Assembly (NCBI GenBank): GCA_963662665.2
Contig: CAXXJS010000055.1
Coordinates: 29,084-93,083 of the forward strand
Length of the DNA: 64,000 nt
Source: Candidatus Latescibacterota bacterium
Lineage (GTDB): Bacteria > Latescibacterota > UBA2968 > GCA-2709665
Reading direction: 5' to 3'
The notes beneath the pieces were generated by a model. The model saw only the letters and a list, made by a program, of their open reading frames with translations, made no database searches and was not told the DNA's origin. Position 1 is the stretch's first letter, and each line of letters begins with the position of its first letter. Below are positions 1 through 10,669 of the stretch, one piece after another. Both the position numbers and the translations under genes were made by a program.

Positions 1-1
1 A

Positions 2-1003
2 ATTCGACTTATTCACCTGGGTGTTGGAGGCAGAGGAAGGTGGCCGGTTCGTCGCGTGATTGAACGGCCGGACTTCGAAAGCGTGGCGCTTGTCGATGTG
101 AACGAAGACAATCTGAGAGTAGCCCGGGAGGAGTCGGGGCTGCCCGAAGCCGCGTGTTACCGGTGTCTGATGGATGCGCTCAACAGCGTCGAGGCCGACG
201 CCGTCGTTGTCATCACGCCCCCGCAGTTGCACGCCGAGCAGTGTCTGCAGGCGGTTCGGGCGGGCAAACACGTTCTCGTGGAAAAGCCGTTCACCAAGAG
301 TCTGGCCGACGCATGCCGGGTGGTACGGGAAGCCGATGCCATGGGCGTCAGGGTTGCCGTGTGTCAGAATGCCAGATACTCGGCGGCGCACGTCACGCTC
401 AACCGTCTCGTAAGGGAGGAAACATACGGCCGGCCGGTATTCGGACTGATGACCAAGTACGGGTGGAGGCCTCGCATTCACCATTCAGGGGAAGATGAAC
501 ACGCCTATCTGTGGGAGCGGGGCATACACGATCTGGATACCCTTCGTTTCCTGTTCAACGCAGATCCTGTCCGCGTTTGGGGGCACAGTTTCAATCCGCC
601 CTGGAGCCCCTATAGGGGTGGTGGCGGTGTCCACGCGTGGATCGAATTTGAGGGTGGGGCGACTTGCGGATATCTCTGCACGTTTGCGGCACACAAGGGC
701 GGTTCGGGCTTCAGGGTGGAGCTGGATGGAGGCGCCGTGGAGTTGACTGACAACGGTTTGCTTCTGCGCGCCCCGGGGGAGGACGAAGACGTTGTGATTC
801 CCCTGGACAAGGCCGCACCGCCGGAGGCAGTTCTGCTGGACGGTTTCCACGGGTATGTGACCGGAGGTAGCGAACCGGATTTCGGCGGACACCGCAATCT
901 CGCGACCGTCGGAATGGTGGAGGGGATTGGTACCGCTTCGGACGAGGGACGCGTCATCGATTTTCACGAATATATGATGAACGCAAGGGTCAACTCCCGA
1001 TAA
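2..1003 (+). CDS. Gfo/Idh/MocA family oxidoreductase (5'-partial)
   Basis: Frame is open from position 2 (IRLIHLGVGGRG, Rossmann motif); has GKHVLVEKP and GIHDLD motifs. Confidence 0.9.
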   Translation: MRLIHLGVGGRGRWPVRRVIERPDFESVALVDVNEDNLRVAREESGLPEAACYRCLMDALNSVEADAVVVITPPQLHAEQCLQAVRAGKHVLVEKPFTKSLADACRVVREADAMGVRVAVCQNARYSAAHVTLNRLVREETYGRPVFGLMTKYGWRPRIHHSGEDEHAYLWERGIHDLDTLRFLFNADPVRVWGHSFNPPWSPYRGGGGVHAWIEFEGGATCGYLCTFAAHKGGSGFRVELDGGAVELTDNGLLLRAPGEDEDVVIPLDKAAPPEAVLLDGFHGYVTGGSEPDFGGHRNLATVGMVEGIGTASDEGRVIDFHEYMMNARVNSR

Positions 1004-1093
1004 TGACGCAATATCGGCGTCGGTTACCGGCAAAACAACACCACCCGGACGCGCCTGCATTCGCTGCGGGCGCATTTTAGCGAGGAAGGCGAC

Positions 1094-1771
1094 GTGGCAG
1101 ATTCGAAATTTACCGATCTGGAGACCTATCGGCGGGAAGTGTTCGCGCGAGAAGACAAGGTGCTTAAGGAAATAATGCCCAATGCAGTAACTCAAGGGCT
1201 TCCCGGGATATCGATCAGTCCGGAATCGGGCAAGACCCTTTATTTGCTTGCAAAAGCCGTCGGCGCCAGAAAGATACTTGAATTCGGTTCGCTTGCCGGC
1301 TATTCGGGTATCTGGCTGGCTCGGGCGCTGCCGGACGACGGATGTTTCGTTTCGCTGGAGGTGGATCCGAAACACGCCGAAGTTTCACGGGCGAATTTTG
1401 CCGCGGCCGGCCTGGCGGGCCGGACGGAAGTACGCGTCGGCAAAGGGGCCGAACTGATGAAAGACATGGCAGAGAAAGGACCGTTCGATCTCATATTTAT
1501 CGACGCCGACAAAGAAAACTATCCGGTCTACCTGGACTTTGCATTGGAAAATACCAGGGTCGGCGGGCTGATCGTGGCCGACAACGCCAATGGCCACGGC
1601 CATGTTCACGAGGCGCTCGCGGCGGGGGACGGCAGGCGCGGGATCCAGATGTACAACAGGCGCGTGGCGGATCACCCGCGTCTGGTTTCGAATATAATCC
1701 CGGTAGGTGGTTGGCTGGCGGTTTCGCTGGTGCTGGCGGACGCCGGCGACCGGGAGTTGCCGTGCGCCTGA
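1094..1771 (+). CDS. SAM-dependent O-methyltransferase (caffeoyl-CoA/catechol OMT family)
   Basis: ILEFGSLAGYSG, FDLIFIDADKENY and IVADN motifs; GAGGAAGG RBS before GTG. Confidence 0.9.
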   Translation: MADSKFTDLETYRREVFAREDKVLKEIMPNAVTQGLPGISISPESGKTLYLLAKAVGARKILEFGSLAGYSGIWLARALPDDGCFVSLEVDPKHAEVSRANFAAAGLAGRTEVRVGKGAELMKDMAEKGPFDLIFIDADKENYPVYLDFALENTRVGGLIVADNANGHGHVHEALAAGDGRRGIQMYNRRVADHPRLVSNIIPVGGWLAVSLVLADAGDRELPCA

Positions 1772-1886
1772 ACAATGGCACCGGATCAGGAGTTACTTCA
1801 ATGAGCACGCGCAGGAAATACAGCGGCGGAATTAACAACGGAAAATCGTCAATCCACGTTCTGAAAACTGCAGTACCAACCCGGCT

Positions 1887-3293
1887 ATGGTCCAACGCGG
1901 ATCCAAAAATCCGATTGTGATTCTTTGCGATCAACTCCAGCGGCAAACGTTGGGGACTTACGGAGGGCGGGTTCCAACGCCCCGTCTCGACGGCCTGGCG
2001 GAACGAAGCGCGGTTTTTCAGGAGTTTTACTGCGCAACTCCGTTGTGCGTGCCGACACGACCGTCCATGATGACGGGACGCTGGCCGCACGCGCACGGCG
2101 CGACGACGTTCGGACCTGGATACGACACAGTCAAAGCCGGAAGGCAGTTGCTGACCGATGTACTGTTGGATCATGGATATCGCGTTGGATACGAGGGAAT
2201 CTGGCACGTCAACCGGCAGCCCGAGGACGACCGATGCGGGGAATTCGCCCACTTCGCGCCGCGCAGCTTCCCATACAAGGACCATCTGCGAATGCTGGTC
2301 GCGCAAGGGGGGAAGGACGGCGATCAGAGGGCGCCTGTCACCACGCCAACGGACAACGGAGAGATGTACGATTGGGATATCAGCATTCCGGTGCCGGCGC
2401 GCTGGCTGGAAAGGGCAGACGCACATCCGGATATGACGATTGCTCGAAACATGAGCGAGTTCATCCGTTCGGCGCCGAACGATCGTCCGTTTGCAGCCTG
2501 GTGTTCGCTGGGAGGACCCCATCCCCCGATTCTGGTTCCTGAGCCGTATTACAGTCTGTTTTCCCCGGATGAAATGTCGCCTCCGCCAAGCTTCGGCGAG
2601 AATATGGATGGCCTGCCGGGGCCCGTTCGAAACGCGGCCGGAGCGCAGTGTGTGCGCGGCTGGACATGGGAACGATGGGCGTTGGCAACGGCAGCCTACT
2701 GGGGGTTTGTTGCGTTCCTGGACGTCTGCGTAGGCGCGGTACTTGACGCCCTTGAGGCTACCGGGCGGGCGGACGAAACGGTTGTGATCTTTACCTGCGA
2801 CCACGGCGAAATGCTGGGCGCCCACAACCTCTATCAGAAGGGCGTGCTTTACCGGGAATCCATCCAGTTGCCATTTTTGGTGTCCGCGCCGGGCGTCGCT
2901 CCCGGTATTCGAGAAGGCTTCGGTTCCCACGTGGACATGCCGCCGACCATCCTGGATCTGCTGGACCTGCCGCCAATGTGCCAGGTACAGGGAAAGAGTC
3001 TGATGCCCGATCTGACCGACGCCCGGGTACGGACCGGCAACGCGGCTTTCGTTGAATTCAATGGGTATAACCGGGGCGGGATTCATACCCGGGGACTGGT
3101 CACAGACACCTACAATTACATCTATCACCACCGTGACGCGGACCAGCTCTTCGATCGAAACGCGGACCGGTTTGAAGTGCGAAATCTCGCTCGAGACCCG
3201 GATTACACGGCGGCGCGAGGCCGCCTGAGAACGCAACTGGCCGGTTGGATGCATGAAACGGGCGATTTTCTCACGCCTGACTGGCCGGCATGA
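1887..3293 (+). CDS. Sulfatase (formylglycine-dependent, S1 family)
   Basis: CVPTRPSMMTG (CxPxR), N-terminal DQ, PHPP and CDHGEMLG motifs. Confidence 0.9.
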   Translation: MVQRGSKNPIVILCDQLQRQTLGTYGGRVPTPRLDGLAERSAVFQEFYCATPLCVPTRPSMMTGRWPHAHGATTFGPGYDTVKAGRQLLTDVLLDHGYRVGYEGIWHVNRQPEDDRCGEFAHFAPRSFPYKDHLRMLVAQGGKDGDQRAPVTTPTDNGEMYDWDISIPVPARWLERADAHPDMTIARNMSEFIRSAPNDRPFAAWCSLGGPHPPILVPEPYYSLFSPDEMSPPPSFGENMDGLPGPVRNAAGAQCVRGWTWERWALATAAYWGFVAFLDVCVGAVLDALEATGRADETVVIFTCDHGEMLGAHNLYQKGVLYRESIQLPFLVSAPGVAPGIREGFGSHVDMPPTILDLLDLPPMCQVQGKSLMPDLTDARVRTGNAAFVEFNGYNRGGIHTRGLVTDTYNYIYHHRDADQLFDRNADRFEVRNLARDPDYTAARGRLRTQLAGWMHETGDFLTPDWPA

Positions 3294-3311
3294 CGCAAGG
3301 GAGAAATCGGG

Positions 3312-4565
3312 ATGGCAAATAGAAGGGCGTTACCTCCGGACAGTCCGGTACGGAGTCTCCACGCGGGAGCTTCCGTGCTCGACGACGAGGAGGTGCAGGA
3401 AGTTCTGGCAGTCATAAAAAGCCGATCCCTTTCCAGGGACTACGGGCCCGACCGCCTGGATATGGTGGCGCGTTTTGAACAGGGCTTCGGCCGAAAGATG
3501 GGCGCCTCCTACGCCCTGGCCGTCACGTCAGGTACCGCTGCGATAAAGGTCGCCCTGGTTGCAGCGGGTGTCGGCCCGGGCGACGAGGTAATTATGCCCC
3601 CGGTCACGTTCGTGGCCACGCCGGGCGCGGTTATTCTCATCGGGGGTGTTCCGGTCTTTACCGAAGTCGACCGGTCGATGACATTGGATCCGGACGCCAT
3701 CGAAGCCGGAATCACGCCGCGGACGAAAGCGATTCTTCCCGTTCATCTGTGGGGGACGCCGTGCAGGATGGATCGGATAATGGATATCGCGAAGAGGCAT
3801 GGCTTGAAAGTTATCGAAGATTGCTCCCAGAGTGCGGGCGCGTCATACAAAGGAAAGGCGATTGGGACCTGGGGCGATCTGGGGGCGTTCAGCCTGCAAT
3901 TCGGGAAGGTTATCACGTCGGGTGAAGGCGGTGTCGTGGTGTCCGACAACGCGGGACTTTACGAACGCGCCGTGCGCTACCACGACCAGGGTCTGTTCCG
4001 GGAAAAGACCCGATTTCCCGGATTCCAGCCGACTCTGGAGCCATTCGTAGGTGAGAACTTCAGAATGCCCGAGATGTCCGGGGCGGTTGCGCTCGCACAG
4101 TTGCAGAAAATGGAAGGCGTTGTCGAGTCGCTACGCCGGAAATTCCAGCGATTCAAGGGGGGTGTTGCGGGCGTGCGGGGGGTGGAAATCAGGCCGCCAA
4201 ATGACGAAGAAGGCCATCTCGGGGTACATTGGGATCTCTTATTCGAAGATCAGCGCACCTGCGCGCGTTTCGCGAAGGCGATGCGTGACCGGGGGTTCTC
4301 GGCAGGTCTGGGATACGGCGGTAAGCCGGTCTATCTGGGTCCGCCAATCCAGAACCAGGCCACGGCTACGCCCCACGCGAATCCCTGGCAGTCGCCGATG
4401 TACGATGGCGAGGTTACGTACGGCCCCGGTCTGTGTCCCCGCACGGAAGACCTGCTACAGCGGGTCCTCCACCTTGCGTTCGTCAATCCCTGGTTTCCGG
4501 AGGAAAAAATCGACGCTCTCGCAGCCGCCGTTCGCGCCTCGGCCGAAGAAGTATTCTCACCGTAA
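3312..4565 (+). CDS. DegT/DnrJ/EryC1/StrS family PLP aminotransferase
   Basis: SGTAA, PVHLWG, IEDCSQ and FSLQFGKVITSGEGG (PLP lysine) motifs. Confidence 0.92.
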   Translation: MANRRALPPDSPVRSLHAGASVLDDEEVQEVLAVIKSRSLSRDYGPDRLDMVARFEQGFGRKMGASYALAVTSGTAAIKVALVAAGVGPGDEVIMPPVTFVATPGAVILIGGVPVFTEVDRSMTLDPDAIEAGITPRTKAILPVHLWGTPCRMDRIMDIAKRHGLKVIEDCSQSAGASYKGKAIGTWGDLGAFSLQFGKVITSGEGGVVVSDNAGLYERAVRYHDQGLFREKTRFPGFQPTLEPFVGENFRMPEMSGAVALAQLQKMEGVVESLRRKFQRFKGGVAGVRGVEIRPPNDEEGHLGVHWDLLFEDQRTCARFAKAMRDRGFSAGLGYGGKPVYLGPPIQNQATATPHANPWQSPMYDGEVTYGPGLCPRTEDLLQRVLHLAFVNPWFPEEKIDALAAAVRASAEEVFSP

Positions 4566-4603
4566 CGAGCGGTGTTCTCACACTGTGGATCCGAGATGAA
4601 CCT

Positions 4604-5548
4604 ATGAATATACTGTTGCGCGTGGCCTTGTCGGAACGCCACATGGAACAGATTCGGTCGGCGGTTGAACGTGTTGACCTGGTGATGCCTGATTCCGAAT
4701 CTGAATTACAGATGATCATGCCGCGGGTCGAGATTGTTTTTGGCAGTGTGAGTCCTGGCATGTTCCGGCGCGCGGAGCGATTACGGTGGGTGCAGACCTG
4801 GGGCGCCGGTGTCGACGGGCAGCTATTCAAGTCGTTTGTGGACAGCAATGTGATTTTGACAAGCGGTCGAGGCACGGTTGGCGTGCATCTGGCGGAACAC
4901 GCGATGGCGTTGTTGCTCGGGCTCACGAGGGGTATAGCCAGGGCCGTACGGGTGCCCGGTTGGGACCAGCGAATGGCTATCCGGAACGCGAGTTGGGAGC
5001 TTGTCGATCTGACGATGGGAATCGTGGGCCTGGGCGGTACTGGGCGCGAACTCGCCACCAGGGCGAGCGCATTCGGCATGCGGGTGGTGGCCGTGGACCC
5101 CGAGGACGTGGACGTACCCGCATGCGTGGCATCATGCTGGAAGATGGATCGGTTTCACGACCTCCTCTCAATGTCCGACGTTGTGTCCGTCTGCGCGCCC
5201 CTCACGCCGGATACCCGCGGGATGTTCGATGAAAACGCGTTTCATTCCATGAAATCCGGTGCGTTGCTGATCAACGTAACGCGAGGGGGAATTATGGATG
5301 AAAACGCGCTGATCGCAGCTTTGTCGCGTGGTATGATTGCAGGGGCGGGCCTGGACGTGGCCCCCGTGGAGCCACTCCCCCCGGACCATCCACTCTGGAA
5401 ACTGGATAACGTGCTGATTACCCCGCATACCGCCGGTGGGTCGCCCAACCGGCAGGACCGCATTGTGAACCTGTTCTGTGAGAATCTGAAAAGATTGAAC
5501 GCGGGACAGCCATTGTTGAGCGTGATCGACAAAGAAAAGGGATATTGA
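4604..5548 (+). CDS. D-2-hydroxyacid dehydrogenase
   Basis: GIVGLGGTG, INVTRG, GAGLDV and ITPHTAG motifs; ATG 4604 chosen to avoid overlap with the upstream gene. Confidence 0.9.
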   Translation: MNILLRVALSERHMEQIRSAVERVDLVMPDSESELQMIMPRVEIVFGSVSPGMFRRAERLRWVQTWGAGVDGQLFKSFVDSNVILTSGRGTVGVHLAEHAMALLLGLTRGIARAVRVPGWDQRMAIRNASWELVDLTMGIVGLGGTGRELATRASAFGMRVVAVDPEDVDVPACVASCWKMDRFHDLLSMSDVVSVCAPLTPDTRGMFDENAFHSMKSGALLINVTRGGIMDENALIAALSRGMIAGAGLDVAPVEPLPPDHPLWKLDNVLITPHTAGGSPNRQDRIVNLFCENLKRLNAGQPLLSVIDKEKGY

Positions 5549-5551
5549 ACA

Positions 5552-6619
5552 ATGCGGGCTTTCTTTTTCTGGGAAGCCGCAGCCGGCGGTCTGGCGCTTC
5601 AGGACAGATGCAATCCCTATGGGCCGTTGCTTGCTCACGATCTGGCAAAGCTGGATATCCACCTGGAACTGGGCGACTACGAGTTCCGGCGGGAATGGCT
5701 GAATGACGCGCGAAACGATTTCTCCGTATTGCACCTGAACTGGCTTCACTGGTTCTACCGGGAAGACACCCTTGAGAAATCGGTTTCCCGGCTCAACCGT
5801 TTTGCGGACAATTTGCACTTTGCCAGGGATCTGGGTTACCGGATCGTCTGGACAATGCACAACCGGTATCCTCACGAACGGCCATTTCCGGATCTGGATC
5901 ATCTGGCGCGGTTGATCGTTGGCCGATTGGCAGACGGAGTGATTGCACATTGCAACTACGGCGCCGGTCTTGCACGCAAGCTGTTTTATCGCACCGAACA
6001 TCTGCACGTCATTCCACACGGTCACTATATCGACATTTTTCCCAATGAGATCCCTCGGGAGACGGCACGTCAGAAGCTTGAGTTGCCGGGAGACGCGTTC
6101 GTATACCTGTTTTTCGGAAATGCCAGGGTCTATAAGGGAATTGAAAAGCTGATCGACGCTTATCGGGAATGCGCGGACGCCGACACGCGTCTGGCCATAA
6201 TGACCAGAAAGGCTTTCGACGGAAGTTACGCGGACAGGTTAATCGCCCTTGCGGAAGACGATGAACGCATTCGCGTGTTTACGCACTCTTTCTTTCCAAA
6301 CGAGGATTTCCAGATCTACCTGAATGCCGCGGACGTTGTCGTGTTACCGTTTTCACAGGTACTGACGTCCGGATCCGCAATCGCCGCACTTTCCTTCGGC
6401 AAACCGGTCATTGTACCGGCGCTTGGATGCCTGCCGGAACTGGTTGACGACTCGATGGGCATTTTATACGACCCGAATGATTCCGGCGCCCTGTCGAAGG
6501 CGATGCTCGACGTCAGACGGCGTGACCTCGGTCGTGCTGGCCGAGCGGCGTTTGCACGCGCAAAGTCGCTGGACTGGCAACGGATCGCATCTCGTGTCGC
6601 CGAAGTCTACCGGGCGTAG
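5552..6619 (+). CDS. GT-B (GT4-like) glycosyltransferase
   Basis: LHLNW, WTMHN, FFGNARVYKG and TSGSAIAALSFGKPVI motifs. Confidence 0.85.
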   Translation: MRAFFFWEAAAGGLALQDRCNPYGPLLAHDLAKLDIHLELGDYEFRREWLNDARNDFSVLHLNWLHWFYREDTLEKSVSRLNRFADNLHFARDLGYRIVWTMHNRYPHERPFPDLDHLARLIVGRLADGVIAHCNYGAGLARKLFYRTEHLHVIPHGHYIDIFPNEIPRETARQKLELPGDAFVYLFFGNARVYKGIEKLIDAYRECADADTRLAIMTRKAFDGSYADRLIALAEDDERIRVFTHSFFPNEDFQIYLNAADVVVLPFSQVLTSGSAIAALSFGKPVIVPALGCLPELVDDSMGILYDPNDSGALSKAMLDVRRRDLGRAGRAAFARAKSLDWQRIASRVAEVYRA

Positions 6620-6643
6620 CAGCCCTCTGATCGGGTCGATCGA

Positions 6644-7741
6644 ATGAAAATAACAGGTGTCGATCTGGTTTCCGTTGGCGTGAACCACCGGGGCGACTGG
6701 GTTTTCGTACACATCAATACCGACGAGGGACTTCGCGGCCTGGGAGAGTTGCGGGCGGGTAGGAACTACGCCGGCCGGATACGTGCTACAAAGGAACTGG
6801 GCGAATGGCTGCTTGGGCGGGACCCCTGGCAGGTCAGGGATTTTTCACGCAGATTTGCAAGGATTTCTTCGGACGGAGATACTATCAGCGCCGTTAGCGC
6901 TTTGGAAGTCGCGCTATGGGATCTTAAGGGCAAGGTGCTCGAAGTACCGGTGTACACGCTTCTGGGAGGCGCGATACGGGAGGAAATCCGTCTCTACGCG
7001 AACATCAACCGGGCGTCGACGGATCGCAGCCCGGAGAGTTTCGCCGCGCTTGCGGACGGGGCCGTCGCCGAGGGATTCGACGCCGTCAAACTGGCGCCGT
7101 TCGACGAGATGCCGCCCGTCGTAGACTCTGTCGCGGAAACAGGGTTGGGCATCGCCCGCGTGAAGGCTGTTCGCCGGGCGGTCGGTCCCGACGTGGATCT
7201 GCTGGTCGACTGCCACAGCCGTTTTACCGTCAAAGGCGCCCTTGAGGCCGCCGACGCGTTGCGTGACCTTGATCTCTATTGGTTTGAGCAGCCCGTTTCC
7301 GAAGGTAATCCGGACGCCGTCGTCGAGGTGAACGGGCGTTGTGGATTGCGGACTGCCGGCGGGGAACAGCGAATGTTGCGCAGTGGATTTCGGGAAGCTC
7401 TGGAAAACGCCGCGATGGATATAATCATGCCCGACGTGACGGTTGTGGGGGGTATCGCTGAATTGAAAGCGGTCGCGGAGATGGCGGACACGTTTGGCGT
7501 ACCCACGGCGCCGCACGGGCCCTTCGGGCCGGTTGCCGTTAGCGCCGGGATGCAGGTCATGGCCACGCACCCCGGTTTTTTAATTCTGGAATACGCCTGG
7601 GGCGAGGTCCTGTGGCGGAACGAGTTGACCGTGCCCCGGGAACAAATCGTCAACGGCCGCATTCGCCCTGGCCGGCGTCCTGGCCTCGGGGTGGAATTGA
7701 ACCCGGAAGTGCTTGAAACTCACGGGGTCGCGTTAGGTTGA
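6644..7741 (+). CDS. Mandelate racemase/galactonate dehydratase-like enolase superfamily protein
   Basis: ALWDLKGK, YANINR, KLAPFD, DCH, WFEQP, GE and MPD motifs. Confidence 0.9.
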   Translation: MKITGVDLVSVGVNHRGDWVFVHINTDEGLRGLGELRAGRNYAGRIRATKELGEWLLGRDPWQVRDFSRRFARISSDGDTISAVSALEVALWDLKGKVLEVPVYTLLGGAIREEIRLYANINRASTDRSPESFAALADGAVAEGFDAVKLAPFDEMPPVVDSVAETGLGIARVKAVRRAVGPDVDLLVDCHSRFTVKGALEAADALRDLDLYWFEQPVSEGNPDAVVEVNGRCGLRTAGGEQRMLRSGFREALENAAMDIIMPDVTVVGGIAELKAVAEMADTFGVPTAPHGPFGPVAVSAGMQVMATHPGFLILEYAWGEVLWRNELTVPREQIVNGRIRPGRRPGLGVELNPEVLETHGVALG

Positions 7742-7917
7742 TTGCGAAAGTGGGAATACCGACAGATGCCTGGGCCAATTCCGCCTCGCACCGGGCTGGC
7801 AAAACAGGACGTCATGCCTTGCTATTGGCCGGGACGAGTGTGGGATGAACGCGGACGCCGGTCCGGCCGGCTGCATCCGGCAAGCCTCCCTGGAGTAAAT
7901 TAACTACGGAGGAATAC

Positions 7918-8784
7918 ATGTTCAAGTGTCTGGCGCCGGGCGCCATTGGTGTCAAAGCGAACCTGTCGGAGGGATTGTCGTATGCGAAAGCCGGGGGATT
8001 CCACGGCCTGGATGTTAATGTCCGTGAGGTATCGCGCCTCGTGCGTGAGAACGGAGCGGCGCATGTCACGGGGATGTTTTCCGAAGTTGGCATGAAGATA
8101 GGTGCCTGGGGATTGCCGGTGGCCTGGAACGGCCCGCAGGAGGATTTCGAGCGTGACGTGCAGGCATTGCCAGGGTTGGCGGCGGCCGGCGCGTCGGTGG
8201 GCGCGAACAGGGTCTCACAGTGGATAGCACCCGCTTCCGATACGCGTCCCTTCCGCGAACAGTTTCGGTGGTGCCTGAGCCGCTTCCGGCCGATATGCGA
8301 AGTATTGAAGGACCACGGCTGCAGCCTGGGGCTGGAATTCATCGGACCGAGAACCCAACGTCTGGGAAGGACGTACGGATTTATCCATTCGATCGGCGGA
8401 ATGCTTGGATTCTGTGAGGCACTGGGAACCGGAAACGCGGGACTGCTGTTGGACAGCTGGCACTGGTATACCTCGCTTGGGACCCTCGCGGACCTCCGGG
8501 GACTCTCTGCGAACGACGTCGTCCACGTCCACGTGAACGACGCCCCGGCGGGAGTGACCGTGGAGGAACAGATCGATCAGGTTCGCGCGCTCCCGTCCGA
8601 GACGGGCGTGATCGACCTGGCGGGTTTCTTGAAGGTGTTGAATGAGATCGGGTACGCCGGGCCCGTTACGCCGGAGCCGTTCAGTCGGGAGGTGAGGGAA
8701 CTGGGTGCGACCGATGCTGTACGCCTGACCCATCGGGGGCTGGACGACGCGTGGCAGGCGGCGGGATTGAACTCACGCGCCTGA
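7918..8784 (+). CDS. Sugar phosphate isomerase/epimerase (xylose-isomerase-like TIM barrel)
   Basis: LEF, LLDSWH, HVHVND and PEPF metal-ligand pattern; GGAGG RBS. Confidence 0.85.
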   Translation: MFKCLAPGAIGVKANLSEGLSYAKAGGFHGLDVNVREVSRLVRENGAAHVTGMFSEVGMKIGAWGLPVAWNGPQEDFERDVQALPGLAAAGASVGANRVSQWIAPASDTRPFREQFRWCLSRFRPICEVLKDHGCSLGLEFIGPRTQRLGRTYGFIHSIGGMLGFCEALGTGNAGLLLDSWHWYTSLGTLADLRGLSANDVVHVHVNDAPAGVTVEEQIDQVRALPSETGVIDLAGFLKVLNEIGYAGPVTPEPFSREVRELGATDAVRLTHRGLDDAWQAAGLNSRA

Positions 8785-8853
8785 AGGTAGGGGGTCGCGC
8801 GGACATCTGAAATGCGTGCCGAACGAGATCGAGTCAATACATCGGAGAATCCC

Positions 8854-9429
8854 ATGGAACCCATTGAAACCTTTGCCGCGAAGTATATTCGTGAAAACGG
8901 AAGACTTCTGGCATCGTTGAATCCCGGGCATATCGCGCCTATCATCACCCTTATGCGCGACGCGAGGGACTCCGGCAATCGGATCTTCGCCATAGGAAAC
9001 GGAGGTAGCGCGGGTACCGCCTCCCACTTTGTGAATGATATGGGAAAGGGGGCGTCGGTCGGTCGGGAAACACGCTTCAAGGTAGTTCCCCTGACCGACA
9101 ACGTGGAGTGGATGACGGCGCTGAGCAACGACCTGAGTTACGAAGACGTGTTCGTGGAGCAGATGAGGAATTTTTCGGAACCGGGGGACGTGCTGCTGGC
9201 CATCAGCGGGAGCGGGAACTCCGAAAACGTACTCCGCGCAGTGCGTTTTGCCAACGGGATGGGCTGTCATACGGTCGGTTTTACCGGATTCGGCGGCGGA
9301 AGGTTGAAAGATCTCGCGCGGCATTGTATTGTCGTGGATTCGGATCATATGGGAAGGGTTGAGGACATGCATATGGTCCTGCAACACATCATTTGTTACT
9401 ATTTCATGGATGTGGAACGGTTGCGATGA
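8854..9429 (+). CDS. SIS-domain protein, phosphoheptose isomerase (GmhA-like)
   Basis: GNGGSA, TALSND and ISGSGNSENV motifs. Confidence 0.85.
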   Translation: MEPIETFAAKYIRENGRLLASLNPGHIAPIITLMRDARDSGNRIFAIGNGGSAGTASHFVNDMGKGASVGRETRFKVVPLTDNVEWMTALSNDLSYEDVFVEQMRNFSEPGDVLLAISGSGNSENVLRAVRFANGMGCHTVGFTGFGGGRLKDLARHCIVVDSDHMGRVEDMHMVLQHIICYYFMDVERLR

Positions 9430-10499
9430 GCCGGTCCGACACGGCCATGATTGTCCTCTTGCCCCTGATTTGCAGCTTGAATCTGGAACTCGGATACTAT
9501 CTGCACCTTGTACGCGGCCAGGCTGAATTGCTCTGGAACCGACAGCCAGTCCCAGGTCTTCTGGCGCGGCCGGACCTGGATCCGACTGTTCGGGAACGGC
9601 TGGAATTCATCCAGGAGGTGCGTCGATTCGCCCAGGAACGGATCGGGCTTGACCCGTCCCGGAGTTACACTACCTACGTTGACATCGGCGACGGGCCGGT
9701 TTCGTGGCAACTGACGGCATCGCCGAAGGACCGGCTCGAACCGGTTCAATGGACGTACCCGGTAGCGGGAAGATTTCCCTACCGGGGTTATTTTGACCTG
9801 GACCGCGCGAAAAAGGAACGGGATCGACTGGTTGCGCAAAACTACGATACCGTTCTGCGCGCCGTCGGCGCTTACAGTACGCTGGGTTGGTTTGAGGACC
9901 CGATTCTGAGCACGATGCTCCGGTATCGTGACGGGTATTTGGCCGAACTCGTCATCCACGAATTGACACACGGGACGGTCTGGATTCCGAACCGGGTCGT
10001 CTTCAATGAAAACATGGCGACCTTTGTGGGTGAGGCTGGCGCCTTGCTGTTTCTTCGGGAACTTCACGGACCGGAGTCCGCCGTTGTAAGGGAACTGCAG
10101 GATTTGAGGACCGACGAACGGAGATTCAATCTGTTCATGCACACGGTAGCTGAAGAATTGGATACGCTCTACGGCTCTGAACGTTCCTTTAATGAGAAGC
10201 TTTCCGAACGAGAGGTCATATTTAAGCGGGCGAAAGACCGGTTTGGCCGGTTGGACCTAAAGACAGATGCGTATTCCCGTTTCCCGCAACGGCGATTGAA
10301 CAATGCAGTGTTGATGGCCTATCGGACATATCATGAAAAGGCGGATGTCTTCGATCGCGTGTACCGGACGCTCGGCCGGGATCTCAAGGCCGCGGTCCGG
10401 CTCTTCAAGGAATGTGAGTCGCAGGCGGACCCCTCGGGATATCTGGTGGAATGGTTGCGGGAAGTCGACGAAGACAAGCCGCATACCGACAGCCCGTAG
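9426..10499 (+). CDS. Putative zinc aminopeptidase (DUF2265-like)
   Basis: AYSTLGWFEDP, HELTH (HExxH) and FNE motifs; ATGA overlap with the upstream stop. Confidence 0.85.
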   Translation: MSRSDTAMIVLLPLICSLNLELGYYLHLVRGQAELLWNRQPVPGLLARPDLDPTVRERLEFIQEVRRFAQERIGLDPSRSYTTYVDIGDGPVSWQLTASPKDRLEPVQWTYPVAGRFPYRGYFDLDRAKKERDRLVAQNYDTVLRAVGAYSTLGWFEDPILSTMLRYRDGYLAELVIHELTHGTVWIPNRVVFNENMATFVGEAGALLFLRELHGPESAVVRELQDLRTDERRFNLFMHTVAEELDTLYGSERSFNEKLSEREVIFKRAKDRFGRLDLKTDAYSRFPQRRLNNAVLMAYRTYHEKADVFDRVYRTLGRDLKAAVRLFKECESQADPSGYLVEWLREVDEDKPHTDSP

Positions 10500-10669
10500 T
10501 GTTCTGTTCCGCAAATGGATTCCCGAATTGCGGCCGCCGAGCCGTCCCGCCGGCAACGCCGCGGAACGGGATGAATCGACGGATGCATGGCAACACGTCT
10601 CCGGGAAGGGTCACGGGCGCACGAGGCCGTATATGGCGGGATCAACTGCCTTTGGAGAGTTCTGCGGGC

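Noticed and set aside
1497-3254. Long antisense ORFs (this one, 11454-12785, 35540-36985, 59101-60390 and others)
   Set aside because: They are shadow frames of well-supported genes in GC-rich DNA and carry no motifs.
6617-6630. TAG-CAGCCC after the glycosyltransferase stop as another MITE copy
   Set aside because: Only about 6 bp match and there is no second end.
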